Shown: positions 50,562-58,276 of the stretch, piece by piece
How positions within the stretch are numbered: position 1 is the stretch's first letter
How the letters are laid out: the number at the start of each line of letters is the position of its first letter
Origin: Longimicrobiales bacterium
GTDB lineage: Bacteria; Gemmatimonadota; Gemmatimonadetes; Longimicrobiales; Gaopeijiaceae
Assembly (NCBI GenBank): GCA_965219445.1
Contig: CBDCNQ010000005.1
Coordinates: 1 to 64,000 of the forward strand
Direction of reading: 5' to 3'
DNA length: 64,000 nt
Notes under the pieces: generated by a model
What the model was told of the DNA's origin: nothing
Seen by the model: only the letters and a program-made list of their open reading frames with translations
The model's database searches: none
Program-made: the position numbers and the translations under genes

Positions 50562-50956
50562 GGGACGGGAGGTCGCCCGAGTAGAAGTCAGCCGCCGGGA
50601 CACTGACCTGCCCCCATAGTTGCCCCTAGAGCTACGCTGGCATCAATCAGGCTTAACCGACGGATGATGTGTGCCACACATGGTGAACCCCGTGTTGGCC
50701 TGTACACTGGGCGTCATCGCCGACCCATGTCGGCAATCGTCTGCTTCCGACACAGGTCGGTAGTCTGCACATCCACTTCGTTTCGCCCTACCGTCAAGAG
50801 ATTCTGGAACGTAAGACTCGGTCGCTTGCGGAACGATGTGTGGCTTGATTAGGCGGCTTCTCGGAACCGACATCGGCGTAGGGAATCGCCAGCGTGGCTG
50901 CAACGAGGAGCCCCTCGTTTGCCGCTTGTCGCGGGCGCTAGGACCTCCGCTACCGC

Positions 50957-52384
50957 CTACACGCTTGGGCTTGCCACGGATCGAGCTGGTGCAGCCGTGA
51001 TCGTCGTCACGTCCATCAGCGAGAAGTGATGATCACCGGTAGCGACGATCTGGCCGAACTCACAACCGTCCTGGCACGCCACGCCGACACGTTGGTCCAT
51101 GATGCCCGGATAGTAGCGAAAGCGCTGAATCCCCAGGTCACTCTGACCGGCGATCCCCGTTACCATCGAGATCAGATGGAAGACTTCGAGTGAGGCCAGG
51201 TTCACACTGAAGGGGAACACGTTCTCTCGGCGGCGCAGGGCGCTCGCGGGATCGAGCCCAGCCATGTAGCTCGGATCATCCAGCAGGCCCGCCTGGTCGA
51301 GTGAGACAGCGTTCTCGTCGTACGCGCCAAGACAGCGCAAGCAGGCCCGACCAGGCGCGACGGTCTGAACCTGCCAGTCTGCGCCCCGAAACCGGCCGTT
51401 CCGGTGCCTCACACGAATGCCCCCGTCGATCACCGGTACCAGGTGGCTATAGGCCAGGAAGTTCAGGACGTGGCGTGGATGCGGACGGTCTACGCAACTG
51501 AAGAGGATGTCGCAGTCGAGCGCGGCACCGTAGGCATCCGGATGCGATATCTTCTCCGCTACGGTGCACAGATCAAGCTCTGCAGCCGTGGCGATCACTC
51601 TGACCCGCTCGAGCGCCACCTCGGTTTTGAGCCGTCCGATGTCGGCCTCAGTCGCGGAAACCAGCCGATCGAGGTTCTTCAGCTCGACTCTGTCGAAATC
51701 GATAAGCGTGATCTTCTGTAGACCCATCCGGGCCAAAGACTCTGCGACCATCGAACCCACACTACCGACCCCGACGATCCCGACGCGGACGCGCTCGAGT
51801 TTGACCTGAGCGTCATTTCCCCACGCAGAGACCGTCCGGATCAGCGCCTCGCCTCGCCTCGCCGCCCGCGCCATGGTTGGCGGGCGCGACACCCGTAGTG
51901 CGTCTCCAACAACTCGCACCTCTGGGAGCCATGTGATGCGAGGCTCCGGGTGTTCTGGCACCGCCCTCCAAGTTCGTGCGCTCCACGTTCCATCAGTACC
52001 CGTGGTAAGGCCGATGAGCGGCAGGTCAGTAAGTGCACAGGCGGCGCGGGCGATTCTGGTCTCGGCCGAGATATCATCTTCACTCATGTACTGCCATCCC
52101 GGGAACGGATGGCTATGAAGAAAGGCCAGGCCCGCGCGGACCCGTAGCGCGGCCTCTAGAGCGCGGTGCAGGTAGCTCGCGTTGAAGCTCACATTTCCAT
52201 GGATCTGACGATCACCCGGCTCCGGAGGTATTCGCTTAGCGACAAGGGCCGTTCGACGGTGCTTTCCCTTAGAGGGATACCACAGGGCGAAAGAGAGGTC
52301 CTCCTGTCCGTCTCCGCGCACGAGCACCTTGTGCAGCTCGCTGGCGAGGGTGGTTGGTATCGCCGCGGAGTTGATCTCAAGCAT
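50957..52384 (-). CDS. JAB/MPN peptidase fused to ThiF/E1 adenylation domain
   Basis: QED..., HSHP-x7-SEDD JAB motif; GVGSVGS, DFDRVELKNLDR, CVD, CLRC and CxxxC Zn ligands. Confidence 0.9.
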   Translation of the reverse strand: MLEINSAAIPTTLASELHKVLVRGDGQEDLSFALWYPSKGKHRRTALVAKRIPPEPGDRQIHGNVSFNASYLHRALEAALRVRAGLAFLHSHPFPGWQYMSEDDISAETRIARAACALTDLPLIGLTTGTDGTWSARTWRAVPEHPEPRITWLPEVRVVGDALRVSRPPTMARAARRGEALIRTVSAWGNDAQVKLERVRVGIVGVGSVGSMVAESLARMGLQKITLIDFDRVELKNLDRLVSATEADIGRLKTEVALERVRVIATAAELDLCTVAEKISHPDAYGAALDCDILFSCVDRPHPRHVLNFLAYSHLVPVIDGGIRVRHRNGRFRGADWQVQTVAPGRACLRCLGAYDENAVSLDQAGLLDDPSYMAGLDPASALRRRENVFPFSVNLASLEVFHLISMVTGIAGQSDLGIQRFRYYPGIMDQRVGVACQDGCEFGQIVATGDHHFSLMDVTTITAAPARSVASPSV

Positions 52385-52754
52385 CGCTGAACACCTTGTT
52401 CACTTTGGAGATGAGCCGGCGGGCTGTCTTAGGGTTGGACCAGCCGAGGTTGTGGCTCCAATAGCGCCACTCTGGTCCGAGGGGGCTGTTCGTGATGTTT
52501 CGTTTGCCCGCAACGGTGTCTGAAATGTCGAACAAATGTGGGTCGGAACGCACGTGGATCGCGGGAGCGACCGTGAGCGGGAAGTCCGGCGTCGCCTGCA
52601 GGCCGAGATCGATGATGCGATCGACAAAACGCCCGACAGGCACCTCGAAGCTTGGGATCACAAGGAACGGCGTGCCGTCCGAAGCCGTGACGCGTTTGGC
52701 CGGGAAGCCGATCGCCGTAAGGTCGGCGTGGAGCCGATCAGGCCCAAAGATCAC
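52377..52754 (-). CDS. Prokaryotic E2-like protein without cysteine
   Basis: FEVPVG, PDFP..P and WRYWSH motifs; overlaps both the Ubl and E1 genes. Confidence 0.7.
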   Translation of the reverse strand: MIFGPDRLHADLTAIGFPAKRVTASDGTPFLVIPSFEVPVGRFVDRIIDLGLQATPDFPLTVAPAIHVRSDPHLFDISDTVAGKRNITNSPLGPEWRYWSHNLGWSNPKTARRLISKVNKVFSDA

Positions 52755-52993
52755 GAGACGGTGGTCGAGTCGCAGTGGAAGACTACGAAGCGCGAGTCGG
52801 GCTTCAGCTCGAAGCGCTCGTTAGGTGGGAGCTGCGTGAGCTCGTCGCCGAGCCTGAGTACCAGGATGGCCTCGGCGGGGTTTTCGCCCGCCAGTTCCAG
52901 GAGCTGCGCGGCCGTATAGATGCCAGGCTCGAGTTCGCACTTCTGCTGGTCGATGGAAATCGTAACCAGCTCCTTGTCCTTGGTTGCAACCAT
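52751..52993 (-). CDS. Ubiquitin-like (multi-ubiquitin beta-grasp) protein
   Basis: VTISID, YTAAQLLELAG, ERFELKPDSRF pattern; GGAGG RBS; first gene of the operon. Confidence 0.8.
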   Translation of the reverse strand: MVATKDKELVTISIDQQKCELEPGIYTAAQLLELAGENPAEAILVLRLGDELTQLPPNERFELKPDSRFVVFHCDSTTVS

Positions 52994-53058
52994 GTTCGCC
53001 TCCGTGGTTCGGGGTGGTGCGGTCTCTCACCCCTATCAATCTCCACACCGGCAACGGA

Positions 53059-53082
53059 GTGAACCTCTTCGGCAGGGTTCAC
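53059..53082. promoter_or_regulatory. Inverted repeat in the divergent promoter region
   Basis: GTGAACC-N10-GGTTCAC between the Ubl and sigma genes. Confidence 0.4.
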
Positions 53083-53131
53083 ACTTTCCGGGGTACGTGA
53101 GATTTACCAAGTAGGAGGATGTGCAACCGCC

Positions 53132-53860
53132 TTGGAGGGCTCGGCCGTGGCTCGACTGCCTAGATCTGTCAGCGAGATTGCCGAACTCGATGGACTCCGT
53201 CCGTCCGATCTACTCCGCCGGGTTCATGAGAGAGGCCGCGAGCTCGGCCTCGAGACGCTCGCCTATCTGGTCCGGAAGGGTCATGGGTCGGGAGACCACG
53301 ACTTGGTTCGGGAGGCCGCCGAGCACATTCTCCGGGACCTCACGCTCAAACTGATCGCCCAAAAAGCGGCGCGTAAGTGGAAGTTCGATTGGGAGGACGT
53401 GTACCAGGGAGCGCTGGCGGTGATGTGGAAGGACTTCATTACGAAACAAGGCGTCCCGCTGATCTACTGGGAAGAACGCTTCTACGGGGCCTTCAAGAAG
53501 AAGTGCCTAACCATCGTCAAGCGGATGAATCGGCGTAGGGCACGCGAAGACAAACTCCAGCAGGAGCTCGTACAAGAGGTGGGCCAGGGTGATCTTGTGG
53601 ATGTCGAAGATACGGTGCGAACACTCGATCCTCGTGCTATTGTTCCCGTCTTGCGTGGTTTGAGTCCGAAGCAGCAGCAGGCGGTGGTGCTCGCATGGTG
53701 CGAGGGGCGGCCGATTTCTGGAGAGGAGGGATCGGTGTCACAAACCATGGGCATCAGCCCCAGCATGGTTCATCGACATTTGCGGCTAGCGGTGGCAAAG
53801 ATCGCCGAGCTGCGCGAAGCGGACCCCGAACTCCGCCAGCTGCTCAGGCTGAAGGAGTGA
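53132..53860 (+). CDS. ECF-like sigma-70 factor with N-terminal extension
   Basis: Region 2-like WEDVYQGAL; region 4 LRGLSPKQQQAVVL...VSQTMGISPSMVHRHLRLAVAKI; start uncertain. Confidence 0.7.
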   Translation: MEGSAVARLPRSVSEIAELDGLRPSDLLRRVHERGRELGLETLAYLVRKGHGSGDHDLVREAAEHILRDLTLKLIAQKAARKWKFDWEDVYQGALAVMWKDFITKQGVPLIYWEERFYGAFKKKCLTIVKRMNRRRAREDKLQQELVQEVGQGDLVDVEDTVRTLDPRAIVPVLRGLSPKQQQAVVLAWCEGRPISGEEGSVSQTMGISPSMVHRHLRLAVAKIAELREADPELRQLLRLKE

Positions 53861-53863
53861 CCC

Positions 53864-54784
53864 GTGATCGAGGTCGACCTGCCAATGACCGACGTAAATG
53901 GGGTGCTAGACCAGCTGGTCGAGGAATTCGAGTCTGGAGCTAATCCAGACATCGCGTCCTACGTGCGCCAGCATCCCGAGCATCGCGAGGAGCTCCTGGA
54001 TTTCTGGGTGGTGCTTTCTACTTCATCCCGCCTGACAGACGAGGAGTTCGCCGAGTCACTGCGAGATACACTGAGCGATGCCGACAGAGACAGCGTTCGC
54101 GATCTACTCCTCGCCGCGTCCCTCGGACCCGAGCTGCTGGAGCGGGCCGACGAAGAGAGGGATGATCAAGCGGCGAAGATCGGAGCGGAACTCGAACGGC
54201 TCCGAGCGATCTCTCACACGTTTCCCGGCAAGGCGCCCATCACGTTTCGCCGTATGGCTGTGTATGCCTGGATCACAGGGATTCTGACGGAGGAGGCCGG
54301 ATACGGCGTGTCACGACTGCGGGTCCAGAAAGTCGCATACCTGCTGGAGCACGGGCTATCACTCGGTATTTTTCGGAAGCACGCGAAGCATCCCTATGGT
54401 CCATACGATCCGTCCCTCACCTATCGGGATGCTGAGCCTGGCTGTCTCAAGGAGGGGTACCTTCAGAAGAGCGATGGCGGCCTACTTGAGCCGGGGCCAA
54501 AGCTCGCGAAAGCGCAGAACTACGCTCGGCGCTATCTTCGGGAGGAGTCGGTCGCACGAGCGTTGGTACTTCACGTGAGCGGCCTAGACGAGTGGTCTCT
54601 CGAGACCCTGACCACCGTTCATTCCGTGGTTGCGGAGATGGCTCGCTCCACTGTGGATGCGAAAGCAGTCAGCCAAGCAATCAGGGCCGACGCGAAGTGG
54701 CAGAGCAAGCTTCATCGGGACAATTTCACGACCAAGAGGATCGTGGAGGCCTTGCGAGTCCTCTCACTTCTAAGAATGGCCTAG
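53864..54784 (+). CDS. Hypothetical sigma partner with C-terminal Panacea/SocA/YwgA-like wHTH
   Basis: N-terminal YVRQHPEHREEL helical domain; RLRVQKVAYLL...F.KH..YGPY, then LETLTTV. Confidence 0.55.
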   Translation: MIEVDLPMTDVNGVLDQLVEEFESGANPDIASYVRQHPEHREELLDFWVVLSTSSRLTDEEFAESLRDTLSDADRDSVRDLLLAASLGPELLERADEERDDQAAKIGAELERLRAISHTFPGKAPITFRRMAVYAWITGILTEEAGYGVSRLRVQKVAYLLEHGLSLGIFRKHAKHPYGPYDPSLTYRDAEPGCLKEGYLQKSDGGLLEPGPKLAKAQNYARRYLREESVARALVLHVSGLDEWSLETLTTVHSVVAEMARSTVDAKAVSQAIRADAKWQSKLHRDNFTTKRIVEALRVLSLLRMA

Positions 54785-54963
54785 GCGGCTATAGCATCGC
54801 GGGGCCGCCGTACGATTCTCCCTAGGGTGATGCAGGTTGCACCCATCGGCAGGGGCTTCCGTCGTTAGTGGCGGACACGAAACGTTGGGCTGTCCTCGGG
54901 TAGGCGCGTACCTCCGTCTTAGAACCGGTCTGTGCTGACGTTCGCGTGGCCGAGTTTCCGGGA

Positions 54964-55190
54964 TCACTTCAATGACGTCGCATCCGTGGCGAAGCAATCG
55001 ATCGCCGCCCGGGAGCGCAAGGTCCGCTGGAACTCCTTCAGCTCGACGATCCGCTCGAGCCCGGCCTGGAGATCCCCGTACTCGTCGAGCGTGCGGTCGT
55101 CCCCCTCGAGGATGGCACGCTCGATACGGGCGATCTCGCGACGGGCCGCCTCTCTGGACTCGGATGGGCCGGAAGAGTCGGATGCGCGGG
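54964..55190 (-). pseudogene. Third remnant of the 8178-9113 gene family (C-terminus)
   Basis: AARREIARIERAI...EYGDLQAGLERIVEL. Confidence 0.75.
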
Positions 55191-55441
55191 CACACACCCG
55201 CTGTGCCGGCGGAGTACCGGTGGCACGATTCACGGCAAGAAATCGTCTAAGTTCAACCAGAACTTTGCTGATGACGTTCCAAGATGGCCCGTAACGACCC
55301 GTAGTGACCCTATAACCTCTGAAACTACAGTGTGTTGCGTTACACAAGCTGTGCCAGTTCGTCTATTACTGTGCCGGGACACCTATTGTATTCTCCCTTG
55401 AATAGTGTCCTATAAAGTGATCCACAGCACGGGAGAATACG

Positions 55442-56596
55442 ATGACACGGCGACCGGCAACCCTTACTGCCGCCTTCGTACGGACGGTGAGCAAGCCCGG
55501 CGTTTACGGCGACGGACGCGGCTCGCGCGGCCTGAGCTTGCGCGTTCACCGGATGAAGAGCGACCGGCTCTCGCGCACATGGAGGCAACGGTTGCGGGTC
55601 GCGGGGCGGCTGACGACGACCGGGCTCGGCCGGTTTCCCGAAGTCTCGTTGGCGGAAGCCCGGCACAAGGCCATTGAGAACGCGCGGGCCATCGGCCAGG
55701 GTGTGGACCCGCGCGGCGGCGGCGTCCCGACGTTTCGCGAAGCCGCCGAAGAGACGATCCGGCTACACGCCGAATCGTGGAAAGCCGGCTCGCCGCTCCC
55801 CGGGGAATGGCACTCGACGTTGAGGCTGTACGCCACGCCGATCCGGGACAAGCCGGTGGACCGGATCACGTCGGGCGACGTGCTGGCGTGTCTCCGGCCG
55901 GTATGGAACGTGAAGCCAGCCGCCGCGCGGAAAGCCCGGAACCGGCTCCGCGCGGCATTTCGCTGGTGCGTTGGACAAGGCTACATCTCGACGAATCCCG
56001 TGGACCGCGCAGTGGCTGCGCTCCCGAAGGTCAACGGCAACGGCACGACGCACCATCGCGCGCTCCCGCACGGTGAGGTTCCGGACGCGCTCCGGCGCAT
56101 TCGGTCGGCCAACACGCAGGCATCCGCGCGGCTCGCCGTCGAGCTGATCGTCTTGACGGCGGCGCGCTCCGGCGAAGCGCGCGCCGCGACGTGGGACGAA
56201 ATCGACACGGCGGCGAAGGTTTGGACGATCCCGCCGGCGAGAATGAAAGCCGGCCGGGAGCATCGCGTGCCGCTGTCCAGCGGCGCGCTCGACGTGCTGC
56301 TGCGCGCCAGCGAGCTTGCCGGCGATTCGCCGTTCGTCTTCCCGATGCGGGCCGGCCGCGCGCTGTCCTCGAAATCCACTTACCGGGTGCTCCAGCTGGC
56401 CGGTGTCACCGGGACGACGCTGCACGGTTTCCGAACGTCGATTCGTGTCTGGATGGCCGAGACCGGCGTGGACCGCGAGACGGCGGAAGCCGTGTTGGCT
56501 CACGTCGTGCGCGGCACCGAGGGCGCGTACATGAGATCGGACCTGCTGGCGCGCCGGTGCGAAGTCATGCAGGCATGGAGCGACTATGTCGCATAG
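55442..56596 (+). CDS. P4-family tyrosine integrase
   Basis: GDGRGSRGLSLRV, TAARSGE, MKAGREHRVPL, LHGFRTS, LAH, GAYMRSD. Confidence 0.95.
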   Translation: MTRRPATLTAAFVRTVSKPGVYGDGRGSRGLSLRVHRMKSDRLSRTWRQRLRVAGRLTTTGLGRFPEVSLAEARHKAIENARAIGQGVDPRGGGVPTFREAAEETIRLHAESWKAGSPLPGEWHSTLRLYATPIRDKPVDRITSGDVLACLRPVWNVKPAAARKARNRLRAAFRWCVGQGYISTNPVDRAVAALPKVNGNGTTHHRALPHGEVPDALRRIRSANTQASARLAVELIVLTAARSGEARAATWDEIDTAAKVWTIPPARMKAGREHRVPLSSGALDVLLRASELAGDSPFVFPMRAGRALSSKSTYRVLQLAGVTGTTLHGFRTSIRVWMAETGVDRETAEAVLAHVVRGTEGAYMRSDLLARRCEVMQAWSDYVA

Positions 56597-56637
56597 TACG
56601 CGGAGGGAGCGGAGCGAGTGGAGCGGGGGCTCCCCCA

Positions 56638-56690
56638 AAGTGTGCCCTTTTCAACGGCCAGAAGTGTGCATTTTTCAGTGGCCATTGACA
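56638..56690. mobile_element. IS21-family terminal repeat remnant
   Basis: Tandem AAGTGTGC..TTTTCA..GGCCA motifs ending in TTGACA. Confidence 0.6.
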
Positions 56691-56850
56691 CCGAGTGCCG
56701 ACTAGGCCCTGCCACAGCTGTTCGGCCCCTGCGACACAGGCTGTCTCAATTGCGGCAATTTCGCCGCGGGCAGACTCTCAGATGTACCGACTCTCACGTT
56801 GCTTGCAACGCAATCGACGTATAGGCTTGTAGTAGACAGGAGGTGTGACC

Positions 56851-57096
56851 ATGGCGAGTATCACGATCCGCAACCTGGACAACGACGTAAAGACCCGACT
56901 TCGGGTACGGGCGGCCTCCAACGGCCGGTCGATGGAAGAGGAGGTTCGGCGCATCCTTGCCGAAGCGGTCGAGCGGAATACCGCTCCGGCGCAGGGGCTC
57001 GGGACAGCACTCCACGAGCTGTTCAAGCCCTTCGGCGGCGTTGAGCTGGAACTGCCTCCGCGCGAACCGATGCGCGAGCCGCCGCGTTTCGAGTGA
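56851..57096 (+). CDS. FitA-like ribbon-helix-helix antitoxin
   Basis: MASITIRNLD..VK.RLRVRAA.NGRSMEEEVR.IL; AGGAGG RBS. Confidence 0.9.
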   Translation: MASITIRNLDNDVKTRLRVRAASNGRSMEEEVRRILAEAVERNTAPAQGLGTALHELFKPFGGVELELPPREPMREPPRFE

Positions 57097-57107
57097 GCCT
57101 AGTGGTG

Positions 57108-57530
57108 ATGGTCGTGATCGATACCAATATCGTTTCGGAGTTGATGCGCGCCGAACCGAGCGCAGAGGTTCTGGACTGGATGGACACCCGGATGAGGCAA
57201 GGTTTGTTCGTGACGGCGGTCACGGAGGCGGAGGTTCGGGCCGGTATCGCGTTTCTGCCCGAGGGCAGACGCCGCCGGGGCCTTGAGGCAGCTTGCGAGC
57301 GTGCTTTCGGCGGCTTGTTCGGCGGACGGGTCCTGCCATTCGACAGTGCTGCGGCACACGCCTATGCGGAGATCGTAGCGTCACGTCGCTCGATCGGGCG
57401 TCCGGCTTCTCAAGCAGACTGCCAGATCGCGGCGATCGCGGCGTCTCGCAGCATGGCGGTGGCGACGCGCAACGTTCGCGACTTCGAGAATATGGGAATC
57501 GAGGTGGTGGATCCCTGGGCAGCGGAATGA
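57108..57530 (+). CDS. vapC: PIN-domain toxin (VapC/FitB)
   Basis: IDTNIVSE, E, LPFD, DCQIAAIA, ATRNVRDF, DPW. Confidence 0.95.
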   Translation: MVVIDTNIVSELMRAEPSAEVLDWMDTRMRQGLFVTAVTEAEVRAGIAFLPEGRRRRGLEAACERAFGGLFGGRVLPFDSAAAHAYAEIVASRRSIGRPASQADCQIAAIAASRSMAVATRNVRDFENMGIEVVDPWAAE

Positions 57531-57750
57531 GCGGTACGACCGAAGCCTTCTCCCGCGTAAAGATCGATGCTCTGGCCCTGGCGCCGCGCGGCGATCGCCT
57601 GCACGCTGTCCCGCTCGCGCAGGGCCTCCGGCGCTACCCGCGCCTTAAACTCCGCCGTGAACCGTCGTCTCTTCCTGGCCATCTCGGTGCCTCCTCTTCC
57701 GACTTGGAATCCACCCTAACGACCTGTCCCCCAAAAACGGGACCACCTCA
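57527..57750. pseudogene. Probable HsdR N-terminal stub (+) fused to an IS3-family left-end remnant (-)
   Basis: MSGTTEAFSRVKIDAL on +; MARKRRRFTAEFKARVA on - from 57682; end TGAGGTGGTCCCG at 57750. Confidence 0.55.
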
Positions 57751-57898
57751 GCGCTTCGCGTCGCCGAGGGTTGGGTCTCCGACGAGGTCGTGCCAGTGCT
57801 CATATCGGCCTCCACAACATCAGACCCGGCATGAATAACGCGGGCTAACATTCAAACTGGACCAGTCAGCGGGGGCCGGTCACCGGAAGGATGAACCG

Positions 57899-58276
57899 AT
57901 GTCAGAAGAAGCCGAGAAACCTGATCTCAAACTGGTGACGAAGTCGCTACTGGACGTCGCCGTCGAATCTTGGCGTTTCGGCAAGGTATTCGATCGACTT
58001 CTGCTGAAAACGGATGCGGGGGAACAAGACAGGTACCGGGGACAGTTTCGTTGGTTCCAGAGAAAACTGGAAGACTCGCTCACGGACGCAGGGATGCGGA
58101 TCGTGAATGTAGAGGGTCACGCATTTGACCCGGGAATAGCGGCGACGCCACTGAACATAGAGGAATTTGGTTCTGAAGACGCGCTGGTTGTAGACCAGAT
58201 GCTCGAACCGATCATTATGGGACCAGACGGCGTCGTTAGAACTGGGACTGTCACGCTCAGGAAGGTGGAGTCATGA
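57899..58276 (+). CDS. Divergent GrpE-like protein
   Basis: EGHAFDPG...VVDQMLEP...VVRTGTV C-terminal pattern; ATGA overlap with the Hsp70 gene. Confidence 0.65.
   Translation: MSEEAEKPDLKLVTKSLLDVAVESWRFGKVFDRLLLKTDAGEQDRYRGQFRWFQRKLEDSLTDAGMRIVNVEGHAFDPGIAATPLNIEEFGSEDALVVDQMLEPIIMGPDGVVRTGTVTLRKVES

Noticed and set aside
50600..50950. TGCCCC tandem motif near 50608-50622 as an element end, plus short ORFs
   Set aside because: Repeat too short and no partner att site identified.
50957..52384. Thiamine/molybdopterin ThiF/MoeB, or CBASS Cap2/Cap3
   Set aside because: No cofactor-biosynthesis genes, no GG-ending sulfur carrier and no CD-NTase nearby; the JAB-E1 fusion with separate E2 and Ubl does not fit.
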